Source: a bacterium (GTDB lineage Bacteria > Hydrothermota > Tepidihabitantia > Tepidihabitantales > Tepidihabitantaceae). From it: a stretch of 26,734 nt of DNA. A model generated the notes under the pieces. That model was not told the DNA's origin, searched no databases, and saw only the letters and a list, made by a program, of their open reading frames with translations. Location of the stretch: positions 1 to 26,734 of the forward strand of contig JAWOHE010000035.1 of NCBI GenBank assembly GCA_046485285.1. Reading direction: 5' to 3'. Shown here in pieces: positions 25,758 through 26,734 of this stretch (its first letter is position 1; every line of letters starts with the position of its first letter). Both the position numbers and the translations under genes were made by a program.

Positions 25758-25790
25758 CTCGCCCCTCACGCGAGAGCCCGCACCCGGCGC

Positions 25791-25819
25791 TTGACGGGAC
25801 GGGCAACCGGGGATACACT
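25791..25819 (+). promoter_or_regulatory. Promoter for the final ORF
   Basis: TTGACG-N17-TACACT. Confidence 0.6.
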
Positions 25820-25863
25820 GCCGAGGATGTATTTGATGGATGGATGGTCCGGAGTGTCTCTCA

Positions 25864-26734
25864 ATGGCAAACTGCAAGCTATGTAACAAGTCCAAGTGGC
25901 TCCTGTCGCTTCACACCGACGGCATCTGCAGTGAGTGCCAGGCCAAGCTGAGGCGCCTCGTCCAGAGCCGGCTCCAGGTCATCAACCAGGCCCGGGAGCT
26001 CATCAACGACTCGACCGAGCTCGCCGCCCGGCTCTCCGGCTGCGACGAAATCATCAGGACGGCGAACAGCCTCGCCAAGTTCGAGCTGATGGGCATCAAC
26101 ATCTCGAAGCCGCTCCCGTCCGAGCTCGTCGCGCGCTACAGCGGCAGGAAAGACGACCTCATCCTCGACGACCTCAGGCGCGACCTCAAGAAGGCGGCGG
26201 CGGAAACGGACCCGCCGGCCGCCCGCGCCGAGCGGCTCGAGGCTCTCTCCGCGGTGCTGTCCCGCGTCCGCGAAAGCGCCCCAAGGCTCTATGACGCAAG
26301 GCCCCTCAGGAAGCTCGAGCAGGAAATCGGCCTGCTCATCAACCGGACCCAGCTCGACGCCCGCATCGAGCACGCCGAAAAGGCCGAACGCGACGGCGGG
26401 AAGCAGGAAGCGCTGGACAGCTACCTCGCGGCGCTCGCCCTGCTCGAGCTCGAGCTCGCCGCCGACGAACCCAGCCAGGCCCGCCTGCGGGGCGTCAGGG
26501 CCAGAGTCGCGGCTCTCGGCGGGCCGCCGCCTGACGACGAGATAACGGACGAAGACGCCGCCGGAGCCGACGAACTGCTGGAAGAACTCATCGCCGCCTC
26601 GCCCGCACCGGTCGCGGTCGCGCCCGGACCGGCTCCCGGGCCGGAAGTCGAGGCCAAACCAGCCTCAACTGCTGAACCCCCGCCTGTCGCTGAAGTACGG
26701 GAAGAACCGCCTGCCGTCCGGCAGGAACCCGCCG
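25864..26734 (+). CDS. 3'-truncated hypothetical protein: N-terminal CxxC...CxxC Zn-ribbon, helical/TPR-like body, Pro/Glu-rich linker
   Basis: Not in the ORF track because it has no stop in the window. GGAG RBS, then MANCKLCNKSKWLLSLHTDGICSECQAKLRRLVQSRLQVINQARELINDS...; frame open for 290 codons with GC-rich third positions. Confidence 0.85.
   Translation, partial: MANCKLCNKSKWLLSLHTDGICSECQAKLRRLVQSRLQVINQARELINDSTELAARLSGCDEIIRTANSLAKFELMGINISKPLPSELVARYSGRKDDLILDDLRRDLKKAAAETDPPAARAERLEALSAVLSRVRESAPRLYDARPLRKLEQEIGLLINRTQLDARIEHAEKAERDGGKQEALDSYLAALALLELELAADEPSQARLRGVRARVAALGGPPPDDEITDEDAAGADELLEELIAASPAPVAVAPGPAPGPEVEAKPASTAEPPPVAEVREEPPAVRQEPA

Noticed and set aside
25879-26657. Track ORFs 25879..26373 (-), 25935..26294, 26291..26545 and 26421..26657
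   Set aside because: Shadows of the plus-strand ORF that starts at 25864.

Overview
GC-rich bacterial chromosomal window with about 27 genes. Four secreted proteins carry FlgD-Ig/Por-secretion-like C-terminal tails, which suggests an FCB-related lineage such as candidate division WOR-3 (inference). Left part (1-12.5 kb): the 3' end of a small helical protein resembling the SIRV2/Adnaviria filamentous-virus capsid fold, three tandem paralogous FN3-type lipoproteins behind a small coiled-coil lipoprotein, two small hypotheticals, an Asp-box secreted protein, an Rrf2 regulator with a palindromic operator, two S8 proteases, queD and an Ig-domain protein. Middle: beta-CASP MBL hydrolase, nfo, rmuC and a 13-Asp-box beta-propeller. 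Right: rpsP-khpA-trmD-rplS-rnhB-yraN-comM/yifB (no rimM), then an opposite-strand ptb-ridA-TPR-hydrogenase maturation protease operon, a repeat-rich intergenic region, and a Zn-ribbon ORF that runs off the end and is missing from the ORF track. The most notable observations are the possible archaeal-virus-type capsid homologue in a cellular context, the lipoprotein paralogue array, and a preference for 16-bp spacers among the sigma70-like promoters. No rRNA, tRNA, CRISPR array, integrase or transposase was seen.
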